A stretch of DNA of 30,086 nucleotides from a virus (taxonomy: Duplodnaviria; Caudoviricetes). The stretch covers positions 1-30,086 of the IMG/VR virus record IMGVR_UViG_3300049725_000013; one strand, written 5' to 3'. Below the pieces are notes generated by a model. That model did not search any database, was not told the origin of the DNA, and was given only the letters and a program-made list of their open reading frames with translations. The stretch's first letter is position 1. Each line of letters opens with the position of its first letter. Shown piece by piece: positions 16,672-25,261 of this stretch. Both the position numbers and the translations under genes were made by a program.

Positions 16672-17286
16672 ATGAAGAATAGCGCGATCGCCGCATTGTT
16701 TTTATTGATGTTTTGGAATAAAAGTCAAGGGCAGGACATAGTCGGAACAGGATGGAATGACCCCGTTGATTCGCTTCGGATGGTCATGGAGGGCATGAAA
16801 TCTGAGGCGAGCCTTGACAGTTCGCTCATTCGGCAACTGTTTGCCCTTGAAGGCGAACAGAATTCTAAAATTGCAATATTGCAAAAAGACCGTGTCACTC
16901 TGGTAAATAGGGTTGAGACGATGCGTGGTCGAATTGCAGAATTATCGGATTCAGTGAGATTCCGTTGGGAGTTTGTTGACTCACTGTTTAACCAACGCGC
17001 CAAGATGAGCGATACGTCTATTTCTTGCAACATCACAGATCAACTCCAAAAGTTTGTCCTGAATTGGAAACCAGGGAAACCGCAAAACGACACTCCGGAC
17101 AGTTTCCAAGTTGGCATTATTAGGATGGTTCCAGTTGATACGATCTGGCCGCAGAAATGGCCCTATCAATCTGAGTATTATGACACATTGGAAATTTATG
17201 CGGGACGTGATACAGCGGTAATATTTGTATGCCGGGCGATAAATGGGGGAAAGGTTTCTCCAACAGTCCCGGCGAGACGGAAATAA
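16672..17286 (+). CDS. Secreted protein: signal peptide, coiled coil, FN3-like C-terminal domain
   Basis: AAGGAG RBS; MKNSAIAALFLLMFWNKSQG|Q; LNWKP...DSFQV...F.CRAIN..G.SP pattern. Confidence 0.65.
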   Translation: MKNSAIAALFLLMFWNKSQGQDIVGTGWNDPVDSLRMVMEGMKSEASLDSSLIRQLFALEGEQNSKIAILQKDRVTLVNRVETMRGRIAELSDSVRFRWEFVDSLFNQRAKMSDTSISCNITDQLQKFVLNWKPGKPQNDTPDSFQVGIIRMVPVDTIWPQKWPYQSEYYDTLEIYAGRDTAVIFVCRAINGGKVSPTVPARRK

Positions 17287-17307
17287 GGGACAACCAGAAA
17301 GGAGTGA

Positions 17308-17577
17308 ATGACCACTTCAGTCCAACACACCCCAGCCCAACAGACGGCGCGGCGGATCAACTGCCTACGAAGGCGAGATGCTCGAAGGAAAGATTACGGC
17401 CACGAGTACGACATACAGTTCAGGCCGTTTGGGCGGGGTCGCCTTAAGATGCGTGTCTGGAAAAAAGGCGGGATGCACAGTACCTACTTCAACGGGGCCG
17501 GGTGGTGGACAACCTGGAAGATCGTCAAAGCAAGTGAGGTGGAAAAGTGTCAGATCTTGAATTCTCAGAAGCCGTGA
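17308..17577 (+). CDS. Basic hypothetical protein
   Basis: AAGGAG RBS before ATG. Confidence 0.55.
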   Translation: MTTSVQHTPAQQTARRINCLRRRDARRKDYGHEYDIQFRPFGRGRLKMRVWKKGGMHSTYFNGAGWWTTWKIVKASEVEKCQILNSQKP

Positions 17578-17628
17578 TTCATATCCGGAATCTGGTATAC
17601 TGGTATCTGTATTTTTAAGGGGGATAGG

Positions 17629-17796
17629 ATGACGCTAAAGGAAGCCCAGGAATTGGCACAGGCCCGCACAGATCGACAGATGCGTATGGCTGGTCGCATC
17701 GAATGGAACGCTGCGGATTCTCAGTTTTATGCTGAACATATAGAACGGTTGCATCCGCTTGACAATGATTCTACGAAAGGTTATATTCAGCCATGA
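17629..17796 (+). CDS. 55-aa hypothetical protein (not in ORF track)
   Basis: AAGGGGG upstream; MTLKEAQELAQARTDRQMR...YIQP*. Confidence 0.5.
   Translation: MTLKEAQELAQARTDRQMRMAGRIEWNAADSQFYAEHIERLHPLDNDSTKGYIQP
17759..17795 (+). promoter_or_regulatory. Sigma70-type promoter, probably giving a leaderless mRNA
   Basis: TTGACA (17759-17764), 17 nt, TATATT (17782-17787), ATG at 17793 with no SD. Confidence 0.65.
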
Positions 17797-17912
17797 GACA
17801 TTTCGCTAAAAATCCACGTCAGATCACCAAAAAAGAAATGACCCAACTAGGGAACTGTCGCGGTCGGGTTCTGGTGGCCGCACAAGGCGGCGAAGGACAG
17901 CAATTACGGTGA
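17793..17912 (+). pseudogene. ParB-like N-terminal stub
   Basis: MRHFAKNPRQITKKEMTQLG resembles ADNPRMSTKKQAERI of 19588; similarity ends near 17850. Confidence 0.5.
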
Positions 17913-18003
17913 CAAGGGTTCGTTTGGATGGGCGGACCTGTGGCAGGTGATCATTGACTTGCTCACCAAATACATCCAGAATAAAAAAGGAGTAGACGCA
18001 TGA
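17851..18003 (+). pseudogene. Start-less C-terminal fragment of another gene
   Basis: 50 open codons (GTVAVGFWWP...WQVIIDLLTKYIQNKKGVDA*) preceded by an in-frame TAG. Codon bias matches 18000-18374 and the stop overlaps its ATG. Confidence 0.45.
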
Positions 18004-18374
18004 AGAACCTGACGGACGTGGTGGTGTTTTTCGTGGAATTGCTAAATGGATTCCACAAGGCGCTTGGAGACGGGAAGATCACGCTCGTGGACGCGCCGGA
18101 CTTCTGGCCAGCAACGTTTGACCTGTTGCCGGCCCTGAAGGACATCGGACAGATCAAGGAAGAATGGGCGAACCATACACCCGAAGATGAGGCCGTGCTG
18201 GTAGCGGAAGTCAAAGCCCGGCTCAAGCTCGATCATCCCAATGTCGAGGCTTGGGTTGACCAAGTGATTGCCCAGGCGTTGGCTCTGGTGGACTTGGTCG
18301 AGGAAGGAGTGAAACTCTTCGAACCGGTCCAAGAGGATCAATCGTCCACGCCGGAACAGCAGACGACGGCCTGA
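18000..18374 (+). CDS. Helical hypothetical protein (ALGDGKIT..D motif; lysis-cassette-associated type)
   Basis: AAGGAG RBS; amphipathic helices; high GC3. Confidence 0.7.
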   Translation: MKNLTDVVVFFVELLNGFHKALGDGKITLVDAPDFWPATFDLLPALKDIGQIKEEWANHTPEDEAVLVAEVKARLKLDHPNVEAWVDQVIAQALALVDLVEEGVKLFEPVQEDQSSTPEQQTTA

Positions 18375-18381
18375 CAATCAA

Positions 18382-18430
18382 CCGGCCCGAACATCCGAGA
18401 GGCGCGGGATCGAATCCCGCCGGGCTGGCA
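18382..18430 (+). ncRNA. Minimal tRNA-like element (acceptor stem plus T arm only)
   Basis: CGGCCCG/CGGGCTG stem stacked on GCGGG-ATCGAAT-CCCGC; no D arm or anticodon arm. Confidence 0.5.
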
Positions 18431-18454
18431 AAAAGGAATTTTGGAGGTGAGAAA

Positions 18455-18556
18455 ATGGTTGCGTGGTTTATTTTGACATTCTTGGGCGGCGTATTTGTTG
18501 GCATGCTCGTGGTGTCTCTATGCGTGGCATCGCGGGGTCCAGTAAAAAATGAATAG
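18455..18556 (+). CDS. 33-aa single-transmembrane peptide
   Basis: GGAGGTGA RBS; MVAWFILTFLGGVFVGMLVVSLCVASRGPVKNE*. Confidence 0.6.
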   Translation: MVAWFILTFLGGVFVGMLVVSLCVASRGPVKNE

Positions 18557-18690
18557 CAACCTTCGAAGATTCAGCGCCCAAGAATCCCTTGACATGGCGC
18601 GGATCGGGAGAAAACTATCGCCGGTAAAAGAGGGATGAAAGTTTTCTACGACATCGACGAATTATTACATTGTTATAAAGCGGGGATATT

Positions 18691-19557
18691 GTGAAGCCCT
18701 ATTTCCAACAGGACGGCACAACAGAAAGACAGGTTCGCTTAAAGCATGAACTCTTTAACGATCATTTTCAGAATTACAAACCATACGCAATCCCGAAAGC
18801 TCAATTGGTTATTGCGGATATTCCATACAACGTTGGTAAAAACGCCTATGGCTCAAATCCGGCTTGGTATATCGACGGGGACAACGCAAACGGTCAGAGC
18901 GATTTGGCTGGAAAGGAATTTTTTGATACCGACAAGGATTTTCGATTGTCTGAGTTTATTCATTTCTGTTCAACTATGTTGGTAAAAGAACCGAAGGAAA
19001 CCGGAAAAGCTCCATGCATGATAGTATTTTGTGAATTCGAGGCTCAATTCGAACTTATAGAAAAAGCCAAGGCATACGGATTTGGGAATTATATCAATTT
19101 GATATTCAGGAAAAACTTTTCGGCCCAGGTTTTAAAGGCAAATATGAGGATAGTAGGAAACTGTGAATACGGACTTATTTTATATCGAGACAAGCTCCCA
19201 AAATTCAACAATGACGGGAAAATGGTTTTTAATTGTTTTGACGTTGAACGGGACAATGATACGCCTAAAATTCACCCGACACAGAAATCCGTCAAGTTAT
19301 TAAAAAGGCTTATTGAAATATTCACCGATGAAGGGGATGTGGTTATTGATCCGGTCGCTGGGAGCGGTACAACGATCTTGGCAGCGATGGACCTTGGCCG
19401 AAGCGCTTATGGCTTTGAGATTAAAAAGAATTTTTACAATGCAGCGTCGGCACTTATTAACGATAAAAAAATAGCAATGGATGAAATCAGAAAATACGGA
19501 TTCGCAAAGACGGAGATGGGTAAATTTCAACCGTCATTATTTGAAAATTACATTTGA
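18691..19557 (+). CDS. DNA amino-methyltransferase (N6-A/N4-C, beta-class motif order)
   Basis: Motif IV VIADIPYN, HPTQK, motif I VIDPVAGSGTT, and GFEI. Confidence 0.9.
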   Translation: MKPYFQQDGTTERQVRLKHELFNDHFQNYKPYAIPKAQLVIADIPYNVGKNAYGSNPAWYIDGDNANGQSDLAGKEFFDTDKDFRLSEFIHFCSTMLVKEPKETGKAPCMIVFCEFEAQFELIEKAKAYGFGNYINLIFRKNFSAQVLKANMRIVGNCEYGLILYRDKLPKFNNDGKMVFNCFDVERDNDTPKIHPTQKSVKLLKRLIEIFTDEGDVVIDPVAGSGTTILAAMDLGRSAYGFEIKKNFYNAASALINDKKIAMDEIRKYGFAKTEMGKFQPSLFENYI

Positions 19558-19590
19558 CATTAATCCAGGGAAAGGCTATATTCAACCATG
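19554..19590 (+). promoter_or_regulatory. Sigma70-type promoter, probably giving a leaderless mRNA
   Basis: TTGACA (19554-19559), 17 nt, TATATT (19577-19582), ATG at 19588 with no SD. Confidence 0.65.
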
Positions 19591-20547
19591 AAATGGAAGA
19601 ACATAACCGTACGCCTGGGCGATTTGAAGCCGTGGGCGGACAACCCCAGGATGAGCACCAAGAAACAGGCAGAGCGAATCCTTGCATCGTTTAAGAAGTT
19701 CGGTCAGGTCTATCCAATAGCCATCGGCCCGAAGATGGAAGTTTACGACGGGCATCAAAGGCTTTCCGCGCTTTTAACGATCCACGATGAAAATTATCAA
19801 ATCGAAGCCCGAAAACTTGAAAGATGTTTGACCGACAAGGAACTCCGGGAATTTGTGATTTTGATGAACGGGACGGCAATGGGTCAATTTGATTGGGATT
19901 CATTGGCGAATTGGGACGCCAAGGAACTGATAGACTTCGGCATGGATGAGGATATTTTGCATCAATTCAACAACGACGCGGCCAATCTAAGAGAACTCCT
20001 AACAGGTGATTGCTTTGCCATCGTAGAGGAGTTTGTGGAACGATACACAAACATCGCGCTGGCAGGTTTGCAGTATGAATTTTTTTTGCCTGCGCTACAA
20101 AAACAAAAACCTTTTCTGCTAAACACAAGAATTTATTCTTGTATCCTTATAAAGAACGACATCCCTTATCGATGGCGTGGCCGATACAATGAAGATACCG
20201 ACCTTTCTCTTCGTGCCTTAAAAGACGGGTATTGCACCTTTTTAAGCCAGCAGTTTATATGCAAGAAAATCACTACAATGCAAATGAAAGGCGGGAATAC
20301 CGATGAGCTATACAGGCAGGATTTGAATTTTGACGGCCGTCTTGAAATGGCAAAGTCTCTTCAACGTCAACACCCGGAAGTGACTACAATCAAATGGAAA
20401 TGGGGACGCTGGCAACATGTGGTAAATTATAAGCCATTTGCCAACAACCGCTTGATCTTAAAAAAAGGCGTGAAGATTAAACAAGGGATCGATAATCACG
20501 GATTGGTATTGAAAAAGCTCAACCCATCGGGAGTCCCAGACAAATGA
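19588..20547 (+). CDS. ParB/Srx N-terminal domain fused to the C-terminal half of a GREB1-like (TET-associated) glycosyltransferase
   Basis: LKPWADNPR, FG...PI, DGHQRL and N...G.FDW (ParB); then E.FV.RY.N.ALAG.QY, NTRIYSCILI, WRGRYNEDTDLSLR.LKDG.CT and MKGGNTDELY (GREB1-like). Confidence 0.75.
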   Translation: MKWKNITVRLGDLKPWADNPRMSTKKQAERILASFKKFGQVYPIAIGPKMEVYDGHQRLSALLTIHDENYQIEARKLERCLTDKELREFVILMNGTAMGQFDWDSLANWDAKELIDFGMDEDILHQFNNDAANLRELLTGDCFAIVEEFVERYTNIALAGLQYEFFLPALQKQKPFLLNTRIYSCILIKNDIPYRWRGRYNEDTDLSLRALKDGYCTFLSQQFICKKITTMQMKGGNTDELYRQDLNFDGRLEMAKSLQRQHPEVTTIKWKWGRWQHVVNYKPFANNRLILKKGVKIKQGIDNHGLVLKKLNPSGVPDK

Positions 20548-20984
20548 CTAAACCAGTAAAGCCGGAGGACAAAAACAAAGGAGGGCGGCCCGTATCCGTT
20601 TGGACACCTGCGCGAATTCAAGAAGTCGTTGGCTTGATGGAAGCATACACCGAAAGCGAACCCATTCCTACCATGTGGGGCTTTGCTTACAAGAACCGAT
20701 TAAACCGCACGCAACTTTACAAATATCCAGAGTTAAGTGACACCATAAAAAGGATGGAAGACAAAGCCGTCGATCAGTTGATTCGCGGGGGTCTTGCAGG
20801 AAAGCTCAATCCAGCGGTTACGATCTTCACACTTAAAAATCATGGGCTTAAAGATTCTCACGAAGTAACACTTGAAAACGATGCCGAAACAAAGGCATTG
20901 ACCGCCAAACTTGCCGGGTTATCAAAAAAGGCATTGGAGAAGATCGCATTTGGAAACGATGACGGCCAAGGCTCTACTCAGTAG
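20544..20984 (+). CDS. Terminase small subunit
   Basis: GGRP start, PT..GFA, and IF.LKN.G..D motifs; directly upstream of the large subunit. Confidence 0.75.
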   Translation: MTKPVKPEDKNKGGRPVSVWTPARIQEVVGLMEAYTESEPIPTMWGFAYKNRLNRTQLYKYPELSDTIKRMEDKAVDQLIRGGLAGKLNPAVTIFTLKNHGLKDSHEVTLENDAETKALTAKLAGLSKKALEKIAFGNDDGQGSTQ

Positions 20985-22419
20985 AACCGCCAAGATCGTT
21001 TTGGCGCAGCGGGACTTTTGGAGTTTTTGTAAAGTCCGTGAACCTGGGTATTATCGGGAATCAAGGACGCATCTCAAATACCTTTGCACCATCTTGAATA
21101 ATTTCTATCATCGTTTACCCCTTGATGAAACAGGCAAGATTTACACGCGGATCATGATCAACATGCCGCCACAGCACGGCAAAACGCGGACGCTTATCAA
21201 TTTTTCCATGTGGGCGCTCGGGAAAAACAACGAAGATCGAATCATATCAGCCTCTTACAATGACACGCTGGCCTATGAATTTTCGAAATACACCCGAGAC
21301 GGTATCGCCGTTCAAAAGAACCAAGAAAGTGAAATCGTATTCTCGGATATTTTTCCAGGGACAACAATCAAGAAAGGATCATCATCTTACGACCGCTGGG
21401 CGTTGACAGGCCAGCATTTCAATTATCTGGGCGCTGGCATGTGTGGATCAATCACCGGCAAGGGCGGGACAATCCTTCTTATCGACGACCCTCTGAAAAG
21501 TGCCTTTGAAGCCACAAACGAGGCAGGGCTTGAAAAAACGTGGATATGGTATAATTCGACTTTTCTTTCTCGCGTCACGTCCGAGGGGGTAGCAAAAGGC
21601 GGGGAACCGCTTGAAATCATCTGCATGACGCGCTGGTCAAAGAAAGATTTATGCGGTCGAATTCTTTCCGATCCAGAACAGGCCGGGGATTGGTTCGTCA
21701 TTAAAATGGAAGCTTACAACGAAACTACCGGCGAAATGCTTTGCCCTGAATTCATGTCAAAAACAAGGTATCTTCGAAACTACTCAATCGCCCGTAAGAA
21801 TCCGATCATGCTTTCCATCTTTCGCGCCAATTATCACCAGAAACCGGTTGACATCGCCGGGCGGCTTTATCCGAAACTTAAACGATACGAACGTCTCCCG
21901 ACAGGTAACGATGGAACCATTCTTTTTGATTCGATTGGCGCTTACATCGATACAGCCGACGAAGGCAATGATTATCTCGCGTGTGGAATTTATCTCAAGT
22001 TCGAACGGATCGCCTACATGCTCGATATTTACTACACCCGCGACGCGATGGAAGTCACTGAACGGGAAACGGCGAGACGATTGTTTGATTTCGGTGTCAA
22101 CATCGCGTTGGTCGAAAGCAATTCGGGAGGCAGGGGATTCGCCCGGGCGGTCAAGCGGATTCTTTATGAAGAATTCGAAAGCCGCAAGACGATAGTAAGG
22201 TGGTTTCACCAAAGCAAAAACAAAATATCCAGAATCACGTCAGAATCGGCCAATGTCATAGAAAATATCATTTTCCCCGTTGATGCCGAATCAAGGTGGC
22301 CGGAGGCGATGGAGCACATCAATTCATTCCAATCAAATCCACCTTGGGAACATGACGACGTTGAAGACATGATCACCGGAATCGCTGAACGTATCAATCG
22401 TAACCTTGTGGAGGTTTGA
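20959..22419 (+). CDS. terL: Terminase large subunit
   Basis: Walker A MPPQHGKT, GSITGKGG, Walker B LLIDDP, MTRW; nuclease motifs YIDTADEGND, ESNSGG and HDDVED. Confidence 0.95.
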   Translation: MTAKALLSRTAKIVLAQRDFWSFCKVREPGYYRESRTHLKYLCTILNNFYHRLPLDETGKIYTRIMINMPPQHGKTRTLINFSMWALGKNNEDRIISASYNDTLAYEFSKYTRDGIAVQKNQESEIVFSDIFPGTTIKKGSSSYDRWALTGQHFNYLGAGMCGSITGKGGTILLIDDPLKSAFEATNEAGLEKTWIWYNSTFLSRVTSEGVAKGGEPLEIICMTRWSKKDLCGRILSDPEQAGDWFVIKMEAYNETTGEMLCPEFMSKTRYLRNYSIARKNPIMLSIFRANYHQKPVDIAGRLYPKLKRYERLPTGNDGTILFDSIGAYIDTADEGNDYLACGIYLKFERIAYMLDIYYTRDAMEVTERETARRLFDFGVNIALVESNSGGRGFARAVKRILYEEFESRKTIVRWFHQSKNKISRITSESANVIENIIFPVDAESRWPEAMEHINSFQSNPPWEHDDVEDMITGIAERINRNLVEV

Positions 22420-23933
22420 AAGTGATCACCCAACAGGATTTAATCAACTGGAAAATCAAGACCAATGCTCCAAAATCCGATGAGGAGATACTCAAGGAAC
22501 TCATCAACGAAGACCGGAAATCCGCCGTTAAAAAACGGATGAACGAAGGGGATGAATATTATCGCCTCAAGCACGATATTTGTGATCGTCGAATTATGTA
22601 TATCGACGGGACCACCTTGAAAGAAGACAAGCTCGCCACGAACAACCGGCTCGTCCATCCATTCCATCGAAACCTCGTGGACCAGAAAAAAGACACGATC
22701 CTTTCGAAACCGCCCTCTATTGATTGCGAGGATGAAACGCAGAAAGAAACGATCATGGGGTTGATCGACGGGATGACGATTGAGGATGATAATCTCAAAA
22801 ATCCCAAAAAGGAATACAAGAACTTTCTCAGGAAATTCACGTCCTTGTTAAAAGGTGCCAGCAACAAAGGCGTTGAATGGATCAACGTGTACCGGGACAA
22901 GACCGAAGGCGCTCCGATTCGTTGGGCTGTGGTAGATGCCAGGCAGTGCATCCCCATTTGGGAAACGGTCTATCAAGAGAAACTTTCAGGGATGATCCGG
23001 TATTATTCCGTTTCAACGACCATCGCGTCCGACGAATCCCAGGATTTGATAACCGCCGAATGGTGGGACGATAAAAACGTGAGGCGGTTCCAGCAGCAAA
23101 GCGATGGGTCGTACCTGCTATTAAGCACGGAACCTCATTGGCAGGTGGTGTTTTCGGGAAATGCCGAACCGCAACCGAATTCATTGGGGACTGTTCCTTG
23201 GATCCCCGTTGCAAACAACGATGAATACATCACAGACCTTGAAGCCATTAAATCATTGATCGACGATTACGATTTACTCACGTCGGATCGGTCAAACACA
23301 TTGACCGACCTTCAGGACGCGATTCTCGCTGTCAAGGGTTATGAAGGCGATAGCGAGGTTGAGCTTCGATTGAAGATCAAGCACAATAAAATCATCCGTC
23401 TTTCAACGGACTCGGAAGCCGATGCGAAGGCGATTACGTATGAACCCCCTTCCCAAGCCCATACCGAACATCTCGACAGGGAAGAGCGCGACATTCACCT
23501 TTTTGGCCGAGGCGTTAAAATGCGGTCCGATGAGGCCGGTGGGAATCCTTCTGGCGTTGCCCTTAAAATGATGACGACGTGGCTTCTTCTTAAATGCTCC
23601 GCCGCCGAAGCCGGGTTGTCGATTGCCTTCTCGCAATTGGTTTGGTTCATCACGGAATACCTGAAAGAAAAGGGAATAAGTTACGATCCATCCGCCATTT
23701 CCATCAAATTCAATCAAGCGTTGATTCTCAATGAAAGCGAAGTGATAGACAACTGCGTCAACTCCAAGGGCGTTTCCGATCTTGAAACCATCGTTTCGCA
23801 TCATCCCTGGAATGTCGATCCGAAGACGGTGCTCGACAATCTTAAGAACGAAACGCTCGAACTCGCGGCCATTGACAACGCAGTCGGAACGCAGAAGATC
23901 GACAAAATGGGATTGTCCGGCGAGGGTAAATGA
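22416..23933 (+). CDS. Portal protein (SPP1 gp6-like)
   Basis: YY...HDI, NNRL.HPF...LVDQK, P.IP..NN, LIDDYD...SD..N and GNPSGVALK motifs. Confidence 0.92.
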   Translation: MKVITQQDLINWKIKTNAPKSDEEILKELINEDRKSAVKKRMNEGDEYYRLKHDICDRRIMYIDGTTLKEDKLATNNRLVHPFHRNLVDQKKDTILSKPPSIDCEDETQKETIMGLIDGMTIEDDNLKNPKKEYKNFLRKFTSLLKGASNKGVEWINVYRDKTEGAPIRWAVVDARQCIPIWETVYQEKLSGMIRYYSVSTTIASDESQDLITAEWWDDKNVRRFQQQSDGSYLLLSTEPHWQVVFSGNAEPQPNSLGTVPWIPVANNDEYITDLEAIKSLIDDYDLLTSDRSNTLTDLQDAILAVKGYEGDSEVELRLKIKHNKIIRLSTDSEADAKAITYEPPSQAHTEHLDREERDIHLFGRGVKMRSDEAGGNPSGVALKMMTTWLLLKCSAAEAGLSIAFSQLVWFITEYLKEKGISYDPSAISIKFNQALILNESEVIDNCVNSKGVSDLETIVSHHPWNVDPKTVLDNLKNETLELAAIDNAVGTQKIDKMGLSGEGK

Positions 23934-24856
23934 CCCCGCGCGACAGACTCAAGCAAGCCCTTGACGAGGCAGAGAACGAATACAACCGCCTTGAGGCCGA
24001 GCAACTCCGGACGCTGGCCTCCGTCTACCGTGAAGCGTTAAAATACGCCACGGGAAAACTCAAGGCATTGTACGACAAAATACCCGAGGATGCGCTTCGA
24101 TCCAAACGAATCGCGGCATGGCAGGCTTATCGGCGAGAGGTTGCCAGGGAAATAAAAGAGCTCACCGGAAGGATGATCAAGATCGAATCCTTGGCCATCA
24201 TGGATCAATTCGAAACCGCGTATTACATGAACGGCTGGGCGATGGAGACTACCTTCGGTACTGACCTGGGATTCGTGGGACTCAATAAAGCGGCAATCAT
24301 CGAAGCCGTGAAAAACGATTATTCAAAAGTGTCCTGGTTGAAATCGCAACAAACTGAACAGGCGAAAGCATTGTATGACCTTCGGACAACCGTCGCGTCC
24401 GGCTTTACTCAAGGAAGCCCATTCAAAGTTACGGCAAGTCGATTGCAAGGCGTGATCAGAGGCGTGGCTTATGAAGCCATGCGGATCGTTCGGACGGAAT
24501 CGCATTATGCCTCCGAAGTTGCCCGTGATCGCGTGATGAGTCGAGCCATAGCCGCCGCGCGAGAACTTGGATTCGAGGCTTCTGAGCGGTGGCGGACCAT
24601 CATCGACAAAAGAACGCATCCGACACACAAAAAGATGAACGGAGAAAAAACGGGTAAGGATGGGTTGTTTACATTCCCAGCGGGAACCGATCACGGTCCC
24701 CTTCGCGTGGAAGGGCCAGGCAGAACCGGATACGCCTCAGAAGACATCAATTGCCGTTGCACGACAACGATGTCCCTGGATGAAGTGCCGCATGGATTCA
24801 ATGATTCGACGGATGAGCCTTTCGGAGTTTGGCGGAATAGAAAGGGAATCAAGTGA
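23930..24856 (+). CDS. Minor head morphogenesis protein (SPP1 gp7/Mu gpF-like)
   Basis: RIVRTE, W....D.RT..TH..M.G and INCRC motifs. Confidence 0.88.
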   Translation: MTPRDRLKQALDEAENEYNRLEAEQLRTLASVYREALKYATGKLKALYDKIPEDALRSKRIAAWQAYRREVAREIKELTGRMIKIESLAIMDQFETAYYMNGWAMETTFGTDLGFVGLNKAAIIEAVKNDYSKVSWLKSQQTEQAKALYDLRTTVASGFTQGSPFKVTASRLQGVIRGVAYEAMRIVRTESHYASEVARDRVMSRAIAAARELGFEASERWRTIIDKRTHPTHKKMNGEKTGKDGLFTFPAGTDHGPLRVEGPGRTGYASEDINCRCTTTMSLDEVPHGFNDSTDEPFGVWRNRKGIK

Positions 24857-25086
24857 ATCAACAAACCGAAACCATCCTTTCGACGCTCGATCCCTTGGAA
24901 GTCGTGGAATGTTTGATAAAACGAGAAATCATCAATCGGCATGCCGTGAGAAATTTTTTCATTAAAAAAGATTATGCTGAAATGAGAAAGAATTTATCTC
25001 CGTCTGATTCTAAAAGACTTCTTATGGACAAATACAATCTTGGATTTAAAACCATTGAATATATCGTTTATCAATCAAAGAATTAA
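24853..25086 (+). CDS. Small Mor-like HTH protein (putative late regulator)
   Basis: RN..I...Y......L..KYNL...TIE.IVY pattern. Confidence 0.6.
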   Translation: MNQQTETILSTLDPLEVVECLIKREIINRHAVRNFFIKKDYAEMRKNLSPSDSKRLLMDKYNLGFKTIEYIVYQSKN

Positions 25087-25104
25087 TGTCCTCTTAAAAT
25101 AACT

Positions 25105-25232
25105 ACCTAAACTTTTTAGGTTTCCTCCCTTCTTTAAAAAAGACATATTTCCATTAACCTATTTTCGGTCCTCTGGTATCTCCGACCGACATCGGAGAGA
25201 CGGCTACGCGGACGAACCCGCGATCTTATTTA
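25105..25232 (+). promoter_or_regulatory. Structured leader of the scaffold/capsid operon
   Basis: Inverted repeat ACCTAAA-CTT-TTTAGGT (25105-25121); hairpins TCTCCGA/TCGGAGA and CGCGG/CCGCG. Confidence 0.45.
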
Positions 25233-25261
25233 AACGAAGCACGAAATCAAACGAGGGAAAC

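Noticed and set aside
18382-18430. Functional tRNA gene
   Set aside because: No D arm or anticodon arm and no encoded CCA; kept only as a tRNA-like element.
18691-19557. Complete restriction-modification system
   Set aside because: No adjacent restriction endonuclease; orphan methyltransferases are common in phages.
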